Shown: positions 45,289-55,531, counted from the stretch's first letter. The stretch: 64,000 nt of DNA from an uncultured Clostridia bacterium (GCA_945915235.1 CAMEEX010000002.1:6-64005), one strand, 5' to 3'. Notes: a model not told the origin generated them from the letters alone. Made by a program: numbers and translations.

Positions 45289-45381
45289 TTTAAGACACCT
45301 CCGTGTGTTCATTTATTAAATATTGACGTTGTTTCTTATTGTATGTGTGTATCCTTTATACCTCTTCATACTCTCCAATCT

Positions 45382-45409
45382 ATTTCGGCAAATCGATATA
45401 AAAAGTTTA
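45382..45409 (-). promoter_or_regulatory. sigma-28-like promoter upstream of flaG-fliD-fliS
   Basis: Minus strand reads TAAA (45409-45406), 16 nt, GCCGAAAT (45389-45382). Confidence 0.5.
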
Positions 45410-45420
45410 GCTCTATATTG

Positions 45421-45639
45421 CTATCCCAGAAGGTTCTTGAGTGCCTCTGCTCCGTCTGACTCACTCGCTGCCCTATTGGCATCCTTAATCTGCACATATA
45501 CTTCCTTGCGGTACACCGGAACAGCCTTTGGAGCAGTGATGCCAATCTTGACCTGATCGCCTTTTATTTCGAGTACAGTTATCTCTATGTCGTTGTTGAT
45601 TACAATGGTTTCATTCTTCTTTCTCGATAAAGCAAGCAT
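45421..45639 (-). CDS. csrA: Carbon storage regulator CsrA (flagellar type)
   Basis: MLALSRKKNETIVINNDIEITVLEIKGDQVKIGITAPKAVPVYRKEVY. It overlaps fliW by 1 nt (TAATG). Confidence 0.95.
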   Translation of the reverse strand: MLALSRKKNETIVINNDIEITVLEIKGDQVKIGITAPKAVPVYRKEVYVQIKDANRAASESDGAEALKNLLG

Positions 45640-46094
45640 TACTTCTCCTCCTTCATCTTCTGAATGTAATCGTACACATTGTAGCGGACCTCGTACTCGT
45701 CATTGTTTACAATGAGCTGACATGCCTTTTTCGTATTCATGTTGATAACCACCGGTGCCTTCAGGTTAGCCGTCATCTTTGTAAGGTCTGACGGAACCGT
45801 GACAACCGAAAGAAGAAAATAGTCAGCCTCCGACTCAACCTCGCCCAGAGGAGCAAGCTGCTCATCATCCACAACCGGGTTGTACTGCGCTATTATATTC
45901 ATTGGGTCAATAACGGTGAAGGCAAGCTTCGGCTCGTCAAGACACTGAAGCCACATAATCTTCCCCTTCTTCTCAGAATTATATATCAAAGTGTAGTGTG
46001 TATACTCTTCAAAGCCCATCAACCCCTGAGTAAATGTGATTATCCTGTCCTGTGCTACCTCAATCTCCCCAAATAATCTTGTATTGACTTTCAT
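45639..46094 (-). CDS. fliW: Flagellar assembly factor FliW (CsrA antagonist)
   Basis: MKVNTRLFGEIEVAQDRIITFTQGLMGFEEYTHYTLI...ANLKAPVVIN. Confidence 0.95.
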   Translation of the reverse strand: MKVNTRLFGEIEVAQDRIITFTQGLMGFEEYTHYTLIYNSEKKGKIMWLQCLDEPKLAFTVIDPMNIIAQYNPVVDDEQLAPLGEVESEADYFLLSVVTVPSDLTKMTANLKAPVVINMNTKKACQLIVNNDEYEVRYNVYDYIQKMKEEK

Positions 46095-46157
46095 TTAATC
46101 TCTCCTTGTCTTAACATTATGCCTTAGTAACCCCGTAAGACTGTCGAAGCATACGTT

Positions 46158-47645
46158 TTACAGGTAATCGAGTAACGACTGTCTCACCGTCTTAGACGCT
46201 GTTGCGATAGCCGCATCGTATACAGTCTCTGCCGCTGCAAAGTCAATAGCTATATCCTCAAGCTCAACATCCTCATTCTTAGACTTGAGATCCTTGAAGG
46301 TGGTCTGTTGCTGCGTGAGTCTGGTCTTGGTGAGCGTGAGTCTTACCTCACGGCTTCCGACATCCGCAAGCTCCGTGTTGACTGTCGACTGATAGCCTTT
46401 CATCTGAGTAATTCCCTTTGCAAAAAGTGTTTCCATATTGCTCTTTGCATAGTCGAGTTCCTTCGTTGCAGCCTCTATCATCGAGTCAAGCTCATCCGTC
46501 TGACCTGCATACATATCAGACTCCTTCATATTTTTGAGCTTTGATATCTTTTCCTCTATGTCAGCAACTGTCGAAAGGCTGTTTACGAGATCATCTATAT
46601 CTCTTCCTATATTATAGCTGAGTACATCCGTCGCACGGGAATTAACCTTGAGTGTCTGGCTGAAATTGATGGTATACTCAATATCCTGACTGTCGTCACC
46701 GTCCCTGCTTGATAGTGAATACTTCTGTCCGTTGGTCAGATCTTCACAGTCAAAGTAATGCTCAGGTCTTAAATCACCCTTTGCAAATGAGTCCTTGCGG
46801 TAGGATACATCTATGCTTGAACTGCTGAGTGCCTGCTGTGACGCCTCCGAGAATACGATTTCACCCTTATCGTATACATAGTAAGCCGTGTCATCCGCAA
46901 GTCCGCCAGCGCTGATGATGTCCTGAAGTTCCTCCGTGCTGACTGCTTTCACCGTACCTGTATATGCCTGACCGTCAACGGTAATCTCCGGGAGTGATGT
47001 GGCATCTGCCGCATCATAGGCACAGTCATCGTATGCAAGTCTTATTCTGTACACCTCCTGTGTCTCAGGTGTGTCCGCTGCCGCTATGGCTGCCACATTA
47101 TCTATGTCCACACTATTTTTAATGTATTTTGTCGTGGTAAAGTCAGAGCCCGTGAAGCTCTGGTTAATTCTGTAGGACACGCCGTTAATCTCTCCGTCGT
47201 TCTGGAAGGTGAGTGCTCTGTCCGTTCTGTAGCCTGTAAATATATATCTGCCTGAGCTGTCTGCATTTCCCTCAGCGTACATCGCATCCTTGAGCTGCTG
47301 TATACTCTGTATTATCGCACTTCTGTTGGTTGTCTCGTAAGAGTCCGTTGAGCCCTGTGTGCAGTATTTCAATATGTCGGTGTAAAGGCTGTCCATGTTC
47401 TTTAGTGAAGTCTCCGTCAGCGTTATCCACGCATCGGCATCGGGAACATTCTTCTTGAGATACTGCTCAACCTCCGTAAGACTGGTTCTAAGAGAAAGCG
47501 CTCTTATAGCTATAATAGGATCGTCCGACGGCTTGGATATCTTCTTCTGTGATGACATCTGCTGCTCGGTTGTATATAAATTATTCTTGGACTTATTGAC
47601 ATTACGCATTGTCGTATTAGTCATCATTGTGTTAGTTATACGCAT
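46158..47645 (-). CDS. flgL: Flagellar hook-filament junction protein FlgL (HAP3)
   Basis: MRITNTMMTNTTMRNVNKSKNNLYTTEQQMSSQKKISKPSDDPIIAIRALSLR. The C-terminus is flagellin-like. Confidence 0.85.
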   Translation of the reverse strand: MRITNTMMTNTTMRNVNKSKNNLYTTEQQMSSQKKISKPSDDPIIAIRALSLRTSLTEVEQYLKKNVPDADAWITLTETSLKNMDSLYTDILKYCTQGSTDSYETTNRSAIIQSIQQLKDAMYAEGNADSSGRYIFTGYRTDRALTFQNDGEINGVSYRINQSFTGSDFTTTKYIKNSVDIDNVAAIAAADTPETQEVYRIRLAYDDCAYDAADATSLPEITVDGQAYTGTVKAVSTEELQDIISAGGLADDTAYYVYDKGEIVFSEASQQALSSSSIDVSYRKDSFAKGDLRPEHYFDCEDLTNGQKYSLSSRDGDDSQDIEYTINFSQTLKVNSRATDVLSYNIGRDIDDLVNSLSTVADIEEKISKLKNMKESDMYAGQTDELDSMIEAATKELDYAKSNMETLFAKGITQMKGYQSTVNTELADVGSREVRLTLTKTRLTQQQTTFKDLKSKNEDVELEDIAIDFAAAETVYDAAIATASKTVRQSLLDYL

Positions 47646-47663
47646 ATTCTGCCTCCGTTTCTA

Positions 47664-49208
47664 TTAGAGTCCTGTCTCTTCTATAAGTTTACTATAAATC
47701 TGGTTCATTACCGAGATGACCTTCGATGAGAGGTCGTATGCGTGCTGGAACTTCACCAGGTCAACGCCCTCCTCATCCTCATCAACACCTGATATGGAGG
47801 TTCTCTGAGTCTCAACAGCACTCCTTACATTGCTGTAGTTCGTGCTGAAGCTTATCGCCCTCTTGGTATCCACCGCAATCTCGGATACTGACGATGAGAG
47901 AAAATCCCAGAAAGTGCCGCTCTTGATGGTCGTCTTGTCCTTGAGTGCATATAGGTCATCCGCCATATCGGAATTCTCACCGCCGCGTGACACATCGTAA
48001 GAAAAAGGAAGATTTGACAGATCACTTATCATGTCTGCATTCACACTGATATTACCCGCTGTCACATAGGAGTCGCTGTCATACTTAGATACAAGCAGCT
48101 TCTGCGTGTTAGCCGTTCCGTCAGCAAGCTCGCCCTTGAGAATAATGTCGTTGAACTCCTTGGCAAGCGTTGTCACAAAGCGGTTAAACTGTGACTGATA
48201 ATATGGTATTCCCTTATATGACGGATTTCTGTAAGCGTCCGAAACCACCTCAAGATACTGCTTGCCGTCCGCATCCGTCTGCACCTTCTCATAGGAATCG
48301 TTACAGCCGTCTCTCATATCAAAGAGTGCCTTAAGGCTTCCTCTCCCCGACTCCTCATACGGATTATATGGATTTCCATTGTCCCACTTTATATCATAAA
48401 GACCTTCCGCATCACTGGCATTTCTCTTGTTCGAGGTCTCTCTTGCCACACACTCGAGGGTACTGTAAGTATATCCCGTAACGAGATTTTGACCATTAAA
48501 TGTAACCGTGTAATCAGAAACACCGTTTCCTATGTCGCGCTCATCTACCTTCACATCTGCATAGTATGAAAGCTGGTCGACAATGAGATTTCTCGTATCC
48601 CTGAGGTCATTTGCCGTGCCTCCCGATGCCTCTATCGTATTAATCTGTTTGTTGAGCGATGCAATCTGCTCCGCCATGGTATTTATTGTAGACACAGATG
48701 ACTTAATCTCCTCATTAATATCATTCTGTGTATTCTGCATATTGGAGGACAGAGTGTTAAAATACTCGCATATACTGGACAGGTAACTTAACATCTGACC
48801 ACGCTTTACGTCACTGCTTGGGTCTGACTTTAGTGCATCAATCGTCTTAAAGAGGTTATTATACTCTGTTATAAAGCCCTCCGTGTTAAACTCGTCAAGG
48901 TATGTCTGCACAAGCTCCGAGTACGACTGAAGTGTCTCGTACTGACCACACTGTGAATTGTTATTTCTATATCTCTCATCGTAGTATTCGCTTCTTGCCT
49001 GCTCGATATCAATAAGTGAAACACCCGTACCTACTGCACCGTAAGGCTTGTACACTCTTATGGCATAGCTTGCCTGCTGCACCGTAGACTGGCGTGTGTA
49101 TCCTTTCGTATTGATATTTGAAATATTATGCGCCGTGGTGTTGATTGCCGCATTGCTGGCAAACAGTCCCGAAGCTCCTATTGTCATTCCAAAAAAAGTA
49201 TTAGGCAT
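47664..49208 (-). CDS. flgK: Flagellar hook-associated protein FlgK (HAP1), paralog 1
   Basis: The N-terminus is FFGMTIGASGLFASNAAINTTAHNISNINTKGYTRQ. The C-terminus is GVDLVKFQHAYDLSSKVISVMNQIYSKLI. Confidence 0.8.
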   Translation of the reverse strand: MPNTFFGMTIGASGLFASNAAINTTAHNISNINTKGYTRQSTVQQASYAIRVYKPYGAVGTGVSLIDIEQARSEYYDERYRNNNSQCGQYETLQSYSELVQTYLDEFNTEGFITEYNNLFKTIDALKSDPSSDVKRGQMLSYLSSICEYFNTLSSNMQNTQNDINEEIKSSVSTINTMAEQIASLNKQINTIEASGGTANDLRDTRNLIVDQLSYYADVKVDERDIGNGVSDYTVTFNGQNLVTGYTYSTLECVARETSNKRNASDAEGLYDIKWDNGNPYNPYEESGRGSLKALFDMRDGCNDSYEKVQTDADGKQYLEVVSDAYRNPSYKGIPYYQSQFNRFVTTLAKEFNDIILKGELADGTANTQKLLVSKYDSDSYVTAGNISVNADMISDLSNLPFSYDVSRGGENSDMADDLYALKDKTTIKSGTFWDFLSSSVSEIAVDTKRAISFSTNYSNVRSAVETQRTSISGVDEDEEGVDLVKFQHAYDLSSKVISVMNQIYSKLIEETGL

Positions 49209-49231
49209 CTTACTGCCTCCTTCCGTCCTGC

Positions 49232-51001
49232 TTAAATCATCTGAATAACCGTATCCATCATCGTCGTAATCACGTTGATATATCTCGAAGCCGCATTGTA
49301 CGCCTGCTGGTAACGTATCATGTTGGTCAGCTCCTCATCTGAGGAAACACCCATTACCTGCTGTCTGCCGTCATCAATGCCGTCGCTTAAGCCCTGCTGA
49401 TTATCCGTCATGCTCTCGTACACTCTGCCTTCACTTCCGACATCGTCCACAAGTGCCTCATAAAACTGTTCAAATGTAAGGCTCTCACTGCCGTCCCTGT
49501 AGAACATGCTCTTCTGTGAGAAGAGTGCCGTCAGCTCCTTAGCCCTGTCGTAATCGACCTTGCCATCAGCCTGCGCCAAAGGTATGTATGAGAAATCCGA
49601 GAGCACGGTCGGGTTAATCTCCAGGTTACTTATACTGTACTTCGAGTCAAGACCGAGTTCACTCACTGTGTTGTACAGATAGTAGGTCTCGCCGTCCGTT
49701 CCCGTAACCTTCTTATATCTGTCGGTGTATTTTCTTGAAAACAGTTCCGTTCCCGGTGTCCTGTCATTGTCCTGGCCGTAATCGGTCTTATCCATATCAA
49801 GTATCTTTCCGGTGTAGGTCACTGTATTGCCGTCATCGTCAATATATGTCACCGTAGCGTCCTTCATAGGGCTCAGCACATCGTTAATCTGCTCTACTAT
49901 GCTGTTGACCATCTTGTCGAAGTTGGCAATGCTTCTTGCCATAACCGAATAGTCCTTACAGCTTATGAAGCTCTGATAATCTCTATACGCTGTATAGGCT
50001 GCAACAGCCGCGTTATATTCTTCATCGCTTCCATAATCCGCCCTGTCAGGTTTCTCTGTCACAACCTGATCCGGCTCGGTCATATTCGCATAGGTAGGTG
50101 ATATCGTTCCTCTTGCTGCTAACAATCCCTTGAGTGAACCTATGTCCGTGTTCTTCGCCGTCGACATGGTGAGTTCCATGTTGTACAGAGAATGATCCTG
50201 CATTTCCTTCCATACAGGAATGTAGAAATCCGTTCCTTCTATTTTATTCAGTCCAAGATGTGACACGCTTAGATTATCGCAGAAGAAATTGCCCTCCACC
50301 ATAACTGTCACCACATTGTTCGCATCCTCGCTATAATCTATCTTAACATAACCTGAGAGTTCATCAAGAAGGTTATCCCTCTCATCTCTCAGTGTCATCG
50401 CGGTCTCCACTCCACTCTCAATCATGGATATCTGACCGTTGAGATACTGTATTCTGTCACCGATCTCATTGATTCTCTCTGTTATCTTGGCAATCTCGGT
50501 ATTAAGGCTGTCCTGGTAGCTCACAAGTCCCTTGTACACCGACTGTGAACGGTCCAAGAAACTTATCGCGCTCTGCACAAGTGCCGCTCTCGCCGTATTA
50601 TCATCAGGTGTCTTGGCAAGCTCATTAATCGCTGAAAGGAGATCTGATACGGAATTCTGATACGATATTCCATTGAGCTCACCTAACTGTGTCTGTATCT
50701 CATCGGTTGCGTTGGTCAGCTTATCATAGAAGCCGTAGCGTCCGTTCTCTCTTCTGTATGCCTCATCTAAGAGAATATCTCTCACATGTGCAACTTGCTG
50801 TATGGTGACGCCATTTCCTCTCTGAAGAGTGTTCGTCGCAAATCTGGTTAAAACGTTATACTGTGTATCTCCAAAGACAACCTGCTGTCTTACATATCCT
50901 TTTGTATTGACATTCGCCATGTTATTGGCTGTCGTGTTAAGAGCGTTGGAGCTGTTCACCAAGCCCGACAGGCCTATATACAAAGCAGACATATTTGCCA
51001 T
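49232..51001 (-). CDS. flgK: Flagellar hook-associated protein FlgK (HAP1), paralog 2
   Basis: The N-terminus is MANMSALYIGLSGLVNSSNALNTTANNMANVNTKGYVRQ. The C-terminus is EELTNMIRYQQAYNAASRYINVITTMMDTVI. The start is 51001 (GAGGT upstream) or 51043. Confidence 0.8.
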   Translation of the reverse strand: MANMSALYIGLSGLVNSSNALNTTANNMANVNTKGYVRQQVVFGDTQYNVLTRFATNTLQRGNGVTIQQVAHVRDILLDEAYRRENGRYGFYDKLTNATDEIQTQLGELNGISYQNSVSDLLSAINELAKTPDDNTARAALVQSAISFLDRSQSVYKGLVSYQDSLNTEIAKITERINEIGDRIQYLNGQISMIESGVETAMTLRDERDNLLDELSGYVKIDYSEDANNVVTVMVEGNFFCDNLSVSHLGLNKIEGTDFYIPVWKEMQDHSLYNMELTMSTAKNTDIGSLKGLLAARGTISPTYANMTEPDQVVTEKPDRADYGSDEEYNAAVAAYTAYRDYQSFISCKDYSVMARSIANFDKMVNSIVEQINDVLSPMKDATVTYIDDDGNTVTYTGKILDMDKTDYGQDNDRTPGTELFSRKYTDRYKKVTGTDGETYYLYNTVSELGLDSKYSISNLEINPTVLSDFSYIPLAQADGKVDYDRAKELTALFSQKSMFYRDGSESLTFEQFYEALVDDVGSEGRVYESMTDNQQGLSDGIDDGRQQVMGVSSDEELTNMIRYQQAYNAASRYINVITTMMDTVIQMI

Positions 51002-51066
51002 ATTATACCTCATTTCCGAGCGATTTATCGCGGGGAGGCGCATTTTTCACACTACTCCTCCGATAA

Positions 51067-51582
51067 TTACTGCTTCTTATCAAATTTCGTCTCAGGCAAT
51101 GCATAATTGTTGCTTATGTATGCATCTTTTCCATAATTATTCGTCTCGGGTCCTCTTCTCATGCTCTGCACAAGATTCATCTCAAACTGAAGCATCTCCA
51201 TCGACTGGTCGAGGAGTGCTCTATTGCGGTCATTCACGTCAACCATTCTCTTCATAGTCAAAGAAAGCCTGTCATGAATTGAAATAAGCGCATCCCTCTC
51301 CTTCTCCTGTGAGCTAAGAAGCTCAATCAGTCTGGTGAGAGTCAAAGTCTTAACATCCTTGTTAAGAACATCCGCGATATCGTTCGATACCTCGGTTCTC
51401 TTCTTCTCGAGCGCTATGATTCTTTCCATCACAAGCTGTTCCTTCTCTACCATCCTTGAAAGCTCGTTCACATCGTTCCGGATAATAATACCCGTTTTCT
51501 CGAGTCCGAGCTCTAAAAGACCCTCATATTCCGTATTCTCTTTTTCCAAAGTATCTATTAGTACATCAATCAGACTGGCCAC
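51067..51582 (-). CDS. flgN: FlgN family flagellar chaperone
   Basis: LIDVLIDTLEKENTEYEGLLELGLEKTGIIIRNDVNELSRMVEKEQ. It sits between flgM and flgK. GTG start. Confidence 0.75.
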   Translation of the reverse strand: MASLIDVLIDTLEKENTEYEGLLELGLEKTGIIIRNDVNELSRMVEKEQLVMERIIALEKKRTEVSNDIADVLNKDVKTLTLTRLIELLSSQEKERDALISIHDRLSLTMKRMVDVNDRNRALLDQSMEMLQFEMNLVQSMRRGPETNNYGKDAYISNNYALPETKFDKKQ

Positions 51583-51600
51583 TTATCCGGTCACACCCTC

Positions 51601-51882
51601 CTAAAACTCTATCGTCTTATATTTCTCCAACAGCTTAGCTACGAGCTTATTCGCTGATACATCATACTTACCTGCCTCATACTGCTCTTTGACAGCTGCG
51701 ATTCTGTCCTCCCTGACATCATCTGCCTGTGCAACTGCAGCTTTAGCCACCTGATAATCTCTTCCCTGCTGCGAAATCTCAAGCTTATCTTCTGTTGCGG
51801 AGGTCTTGGCAGTTCTCTTCGTCTGTGACTTTCCCGCTGCCGCATATACCATGCTAACCTGATTATAGGCATCTATACGCAT
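51601..51882 (-). CDS. flgM: Anti-sigma-28 factor FlgM
   Basis: MRIDAYNQV...DKLEISQQGRDYQVAKAAVAQADDVREDRIAAVKEQYEAGKYDVSANKLVAKLL. ATG 51882 follows GGGTGG. Confidence 0.85.
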   Translation of the reverse strand: MRIDAYNQVSMVYAAAGKSQTKRTAKTSATEDKLEISQQGRDYQVAKAAVAQADDVREDRIAAVKEQYEAGKYDVSANKLVAKLLEKYKTIEF

Positions 51883-51927
51883 ATTAACCACCCTTTCTAA
51901 CTGAAAAAAATCTATGTTCTGTAATAT

Positions 51928-51954
51928 GTATCGGTATACAGAAAAAAAAACTTA
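51928..51954 (-). promoter_or_regulatory. sigma-28-like promoter upstream of flgM
   Basis: Minus strand reads TAAG (51954-51951), 15 nt, ACCGATAC (51935-51928). Confidence 0.45.
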
Positions 51955-51989
51955 GAGGAAAATGAAAAAATTTCAAAATCCTCTAAGTT
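51942..51989 (-). terminator. Rho-independent terminator after the yvyF-like gene
   Basis: Minus strand reads AACTTAGAGGA, a 19-nt loop, TCCTCTAAGTT, then a T-run. Confidence 0.7.
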
Positions 51990-52059
51990 CAATCATTCAA
52001 ATATTCACAGGCAGCAATCCTCACATTCTGCCTTATATGCCCGGTCACACTGCATAAAT

Positions 52060-52464
52060 CTATAGGAATCTCATCTTGTTTTCCTTAGCTTCCTTCTTGA
52101 GCACCGGCTCAATCTTCTTAGGCTGCTCATAGAGCTCAGAAAAATTAGATGCCATGCTCGACTTACAGTTCTCGCAGAATCTTCCCGAGCGTATCATCTT
52201 ACCGCACTTCTCGCAGGCGATACCAACAGGTGAGTCGTCGGCAAACGCAAGTCTCTCTTCGCGAATCCACTTCTCAATCTGCTTGACACTGACATCCGCA
52301 GCTTCCGCAACCTCATGTATGCTGGCAGAAGTGTTCTCCCTTATGTACTTCTTGGCAACCTGAAACTTCTCCTCAAGCTCTTCCTGACATGCAGGACACA
52401 AATAGCTTCCTCCCTGAATATAGCTGAATAACCTTCCACATCCTCTGCAATTTCTGACTTCCAT
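52060..52464 (-). CDS. YvyF-like flagellar operon zinc-ribbon protein
   Basis: MEVRNCRGCGRLFSYIQGGSYLCPACQEELEEKF...IHEVAEAADVSVKQIEKWIREERL...CEKCGKMIRSGRFCENC. It occupies the same position as B. subtilis yvyF, upstream of flgM. ATG 52464 follows GGAGG. Confidence 0.8.
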   Translation of the reverse strand: MEVRNCRGCGRLFSYIQGGSYLCPACQEELEEKFQVAKKYIRENTSASIHEVAEAADVSVKQIEKWIREERLAFADDSPVGIACEKCGKMIRSGRFCENCKSSMASNFSELYEQPKKIEPVLKKEAKENKMRFL

Positions 52465-52508
52465 CCAAATACACCTCCATCTTGCGATACCATTGATTAA
52501 CGCATATA

Positions 52509-53267
52509 TCAAAAACCTCTTCCCACACATACCGAAGCAAAATATATATCCACCTTATTCCGTCCGTTAAGCGCCTTCGCACATGCATCAAGCGTTGCCC
52601 CGGTAGTATATATATCATCTACCAATAATATCCTCTTATATTTTACTATATCCGGTGTTACATGAAAAGCATTTTTTATATTTTTTGCTCTTTCTTTGTC
52701 CCCAAGTGCTTTTTGCGGCAAAGTATTCTTCGCTCTCTGTATAAGCTGTTCGTCAACCGGAATATCAAGCAGCGCGCCCAGCCTATGTGCTATAAGTGCA
52801 GCCTGATTGTAGCCCCTTTTTCTGTAACGCTTCTTATGAAGCGGGACAGGCACAAGCACATCAGGCTTCCAGCCTGCCATAATCTTTCCCCTGAGTCCGT
52901 ACAGCATATCCGCATAAAAGTACGCATACTCCCGCTGCCCCTCATACTTAAATCTGTACATCGACTGTTTGATTTCCTTCGTGTACGAGAAGGCGGCAAC
53001 GCCTCTTATGAATTCATGCCGCTTATTACCACAGTCAGAGCAGACCTCCTGCGTGTCGTCGTCGAGCTGCTTGCCGCACACCATGCAGAAGGGCGAAACG
53101 ATATAACGTAAGCCCTGCATACATTCCGTACACGCGTCGCCCCGTTCCTCCACCACAGCCTCGCATATCGGACATCTGTAGGGGTAGAGCAGCTTAGCTG
53201 CACTCCTTAATCCTCTGTGCAAGAGTTGAATAGCGCTTCTGCTCGTTGGTATTGTCAACCATGTCAT
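52509..53267 (-). CDS. comFC: ComF-family phosphoribosyltransferase-like competence protein (ComFC)
   Basis: It has an N-terminal CxxC zinc finger (CPICEAV...CTEC) and the PRTase motif ILLVDDIYTTGATL. The start codon is uncertain, and the ORF overlaps the recD2 3' end. Confidence 0.8.
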   Translation of the reverse strand: MTWLTIPTSRSAIQLLHRGLRSAAKLLYPYRCPICEAVVEERGDACTECMQGLRYIVSPFCMVCGKQLDDDTQEVCSDCGNKRHEFIRGVAAFSYTKEIKQSMYRFKYEGQREYAYFYADMLYGLRGKIMAGWKPDVLVPVPLHKKRYRKRGYNQAALIAHRLGALLDIPVDEQLIQRAKNTLPQKALGDKERAKNIKNAFHVTPDIVKYKRILLVDDIYTTGATLDACAKALNGRNKVDIYFASVCVGRGF

Positions 53268-55443
53268 AGAACACCTCTTCCGTTCCGACGATACAAACAC
53301 ATTTTCTGGCCCTTGTCACAGCCGTATAGAGTATATTGCGGTTCATAAGCATACGCGGTCCCGACAGAAGCGGTATCACCACCGCCGGGTACTCGCTTCC
53401 CTGCGCCTTGTGCACCGTCACTGCGTAGGCGAGCTCGAGCTCATCAAGCTGCTTGAAGGGGTACTCTACATATCTGTCGTCCTCAAACCGAACCGTAACC
53501 TTCTCCGTGTAAAAATTGATATTGTCTATGACACCCATATCGCCATTGAACACCCCCATGCCATGGTCGGTAGGTATGCCGTTCTTTCCGCGGGTCTCCC
53601 ACTCAAGCTGGTAATTATTCTTAATCTGCATCACCTTGTCACCCTCGCGGAACAATGCGCCCGCACTCTCCTTCTCCTGCTTGGAGGAGTCCTTGGGATT
53701 GAGATACTCCTGCAAAACAGAATTGAGCTTCTCAACGCCAAGCAGCCCTTTTCTCGTCGGCGTGAGCACCTGTATGTCAAATATCCTGGCATCTACATAC
53801 TTAGGAAGTTTCTGTGACACGAGCGTTATCATAGCCCCTATCACATTGTTGGCATCTTCCCTCTTTATAAATATGAAATCCTTGCTCGTCGGCCCTATCT
53901 TAAAGCGCTCACCGTCGTTAATCTTATGGGCGTTCACTATGATATCGCTCTCTTTTGCCTGTCTGAAAATCTTGGTGAGCTTCACAACCGTGAATTTCTC
54001 CGAGTCTATGATATCCCTCAGAACATTTCCCGGTCCTACAGAAGGAAGCTGGTTCACATCACCCACGAGAATGAGTCTCGTGCCTGCTGTGACCGCCTTC
54101 AGAAGGCTGTTCATAAGGAAAATATCCACCATCGACATCTCATCAATTATTATGACATCGGCATCTATAGGATTTTCCTCATTTCTCATAAAGCTTGCGG
54201 TCGTCCTGCCCTCATCGGGTGCTCCCGATAGTTCCAACATTCTGTGTATAGTCTGTGCCTCGCAGCCCGTGGCTTCAGTCATTCGCTTCGCCGCGCGCCC
54301 GGTAGGAGCCGCAAGCCGTATCTCCTTGCCCTCCCCCTCAAAATACCTGATGATGGTATTTATCGTGGTAGTCTTACCTGTTCCCGGTCCTCCGGTAATT
54401 ACAAGAAGTCCCGATGACACTGCCTGCATTACCGCATTTCTCTGCATATCGTCAAGTTCAATTTTCTCAGCCTTCTCTATGCGGTGTATCCTGTCAAGCA
54501 CACCCTTCTCATCGACCTTTGCCCTTACATCAAGCGCCTTGAGCGCGTATGCGACAGCCATCTCCATATAATAATAGGATGCACCATATACTATGCGCTG
54601 TGGTGTATCCTGTTGTGTATTCTCATCACTATTTTCTTTTAATTCCTTGACAACGACCTTCTTGTCGATGGACAGCTCGACAAGTTGCCTGTCTATGTCG
54701 TCAATCCGTGCATCAAGAAGGACTGCGAGCTGTTCGACGAGCTCCTCATAGGGCAGATATATATGCCCGTTGCCCGTCGCCTGAAGAAGAGTGTACATAA
54801 TTCCGCTCTTAATTCTGAAATCCGAATCGGCAGCTATGCCTGCCTTTCTCGCTATCTCGTCCGCAATCTTGAAGCCTACACCAGTGATGTCATCGGCAAG
54901 TCTGTAAGGATTTTCCCTAAGTATCGTGTATACCGACGCACCGTACTGATTGTAAATCTTCACAGCGAGTGCCATCGAAATACCGTAATCCTGAAGAAAC
55001 ATCATCGCGTTTCTCATATCCCTCTTGGCGGTGACGTTATCCGATATCTCAGCCGCCATTCTCTGACTTATTCCCTTTATCTCGGCAAGCCGCTCCGGCT
55101 CCTCCTCAATAATTCGAAGTGTGTCCGCCTTAAACCTTCGGACTATTCTCGACGCAAGTGCCGCTCCTATTCCCTTCACAGCTCCCGATGCGAGATATCG
55201 CTCCACCGACTTCTCATCCTCGGGCGGAATGTCCTCACAGGTCTCTATCCTTAGCTGCTGTCCGTAGACTGCATGCTCCGAATATTCACCCGTAACCTCG
55301 ACAAACTCGCCCTCCGTGATATAGGGAACCGTTCCCACACAGGTGAGGTCATCGTCCTCATCAAGATTGAGCTCAAACACGGTGTATCCGTTGTCCTCGT
55401 TGCGGTATACAATTTTGTTGACGTATCCCTTAAAACGCTCCAT
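53194..55443 (-). CDS. recD2: RecD2-type SF1B ATP-dependent DNA helicase
   Basis: The N-terminus is FKGYVNKIVYRNEDNGYTVFEL. Walker A is ITGGPGTGKTT and Walker B is IIIDEMSMVD. VGDVNQLPSVGPG and YAVTVHKAQGSEY are also present. Confidence 0.9.
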   Translation of the reverse strand: MERFKGYVNKIVYRNEDNGYTVFELNLDEDDDLTCVGTVPYITEGEFVEVTGEYSEHAVYGQQLRIETCEDIPPEDEKSVERYLASGAVKGIGAALASRIVRRFKADTLRIIEEEPERLAEIKGISQRMAAEISDNVTAKRDMRNAMMFLQDYGISMALAVKIYNQYGASVYTILRENPYRLADDITGVGFKIADEIARKAGIAADSDFRIKSGIMYTLLQATGNGHIYLPYEELVEQLAVLLDARIDDIDRQLVELSIDKKVVVKELKENSDENTQQDTPQRIVYGASYYYMEMAVAYALKALDVRAKVDEKGVLDRIHRIEKAEKIELDDMQRNAVMQAVSSGLLVITGGPGTGKTTTINTIIRYFEGEGKEIRLAAPTGRAAKRMTEATGCEAQTIHRMLELSGAPDEGRTTASFMRNEENPIDADVIIIDEMSMVDIFLMNSLLKAVTAGTRLILVGDVNQLPSVGPGNVLRDIIDSEKFTVVKLTKIFRQAKESDIIVNAHKINDGERFKIGPTSKDFIFIKREDANNVIGAMITLVSQKLPKYVDARIFDIQVLTPTRKGLLGVEKLNSVLQEYLNPKDSSKQEKESAGALFREGDKVMQIKNNYQLEWETRGKNGIPTDHGMGVFNGDMGVIDNINFYTEKVTVRFEDDRYVEYPFKQLDELELAYAVTVHKAQGSEYPAVVIPLLSGPRMLMNRNILYTAVTRARKCVCIVGTEEVFYDMVDNTNEQKRYSTLAQRIKECS

Positions 55444-55531
55444 ATATCTTCTCTTTTACAAGTTGTGCCTTAACCGTTACCGAAAGCATTTGACAAGCAT
55501 CTGCCCTTCTGCTCCCGCCTCGGAAAATCAC

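Noticed and set aside
51942-51950. A9/T9 homopolymer as a phase-variation tract
   Set aside because: It is intergenic and forms the U-tail of the terminator after the yvyF-like gene, so it does not interrupt a reading frame.
53636-54571. 311-aa plus-strand ORF, plus neighbours at 53410-53817, 53926-54231 and 54685-55254
   Set aside because: It lies entirely antisense to the strongly supported RecD2 helicase gene. The translation is low-complexity and Ser/Leu-rich, with no RBS or recognisable motif. This is typical of a shadow ORF in a ~50% GC gene.
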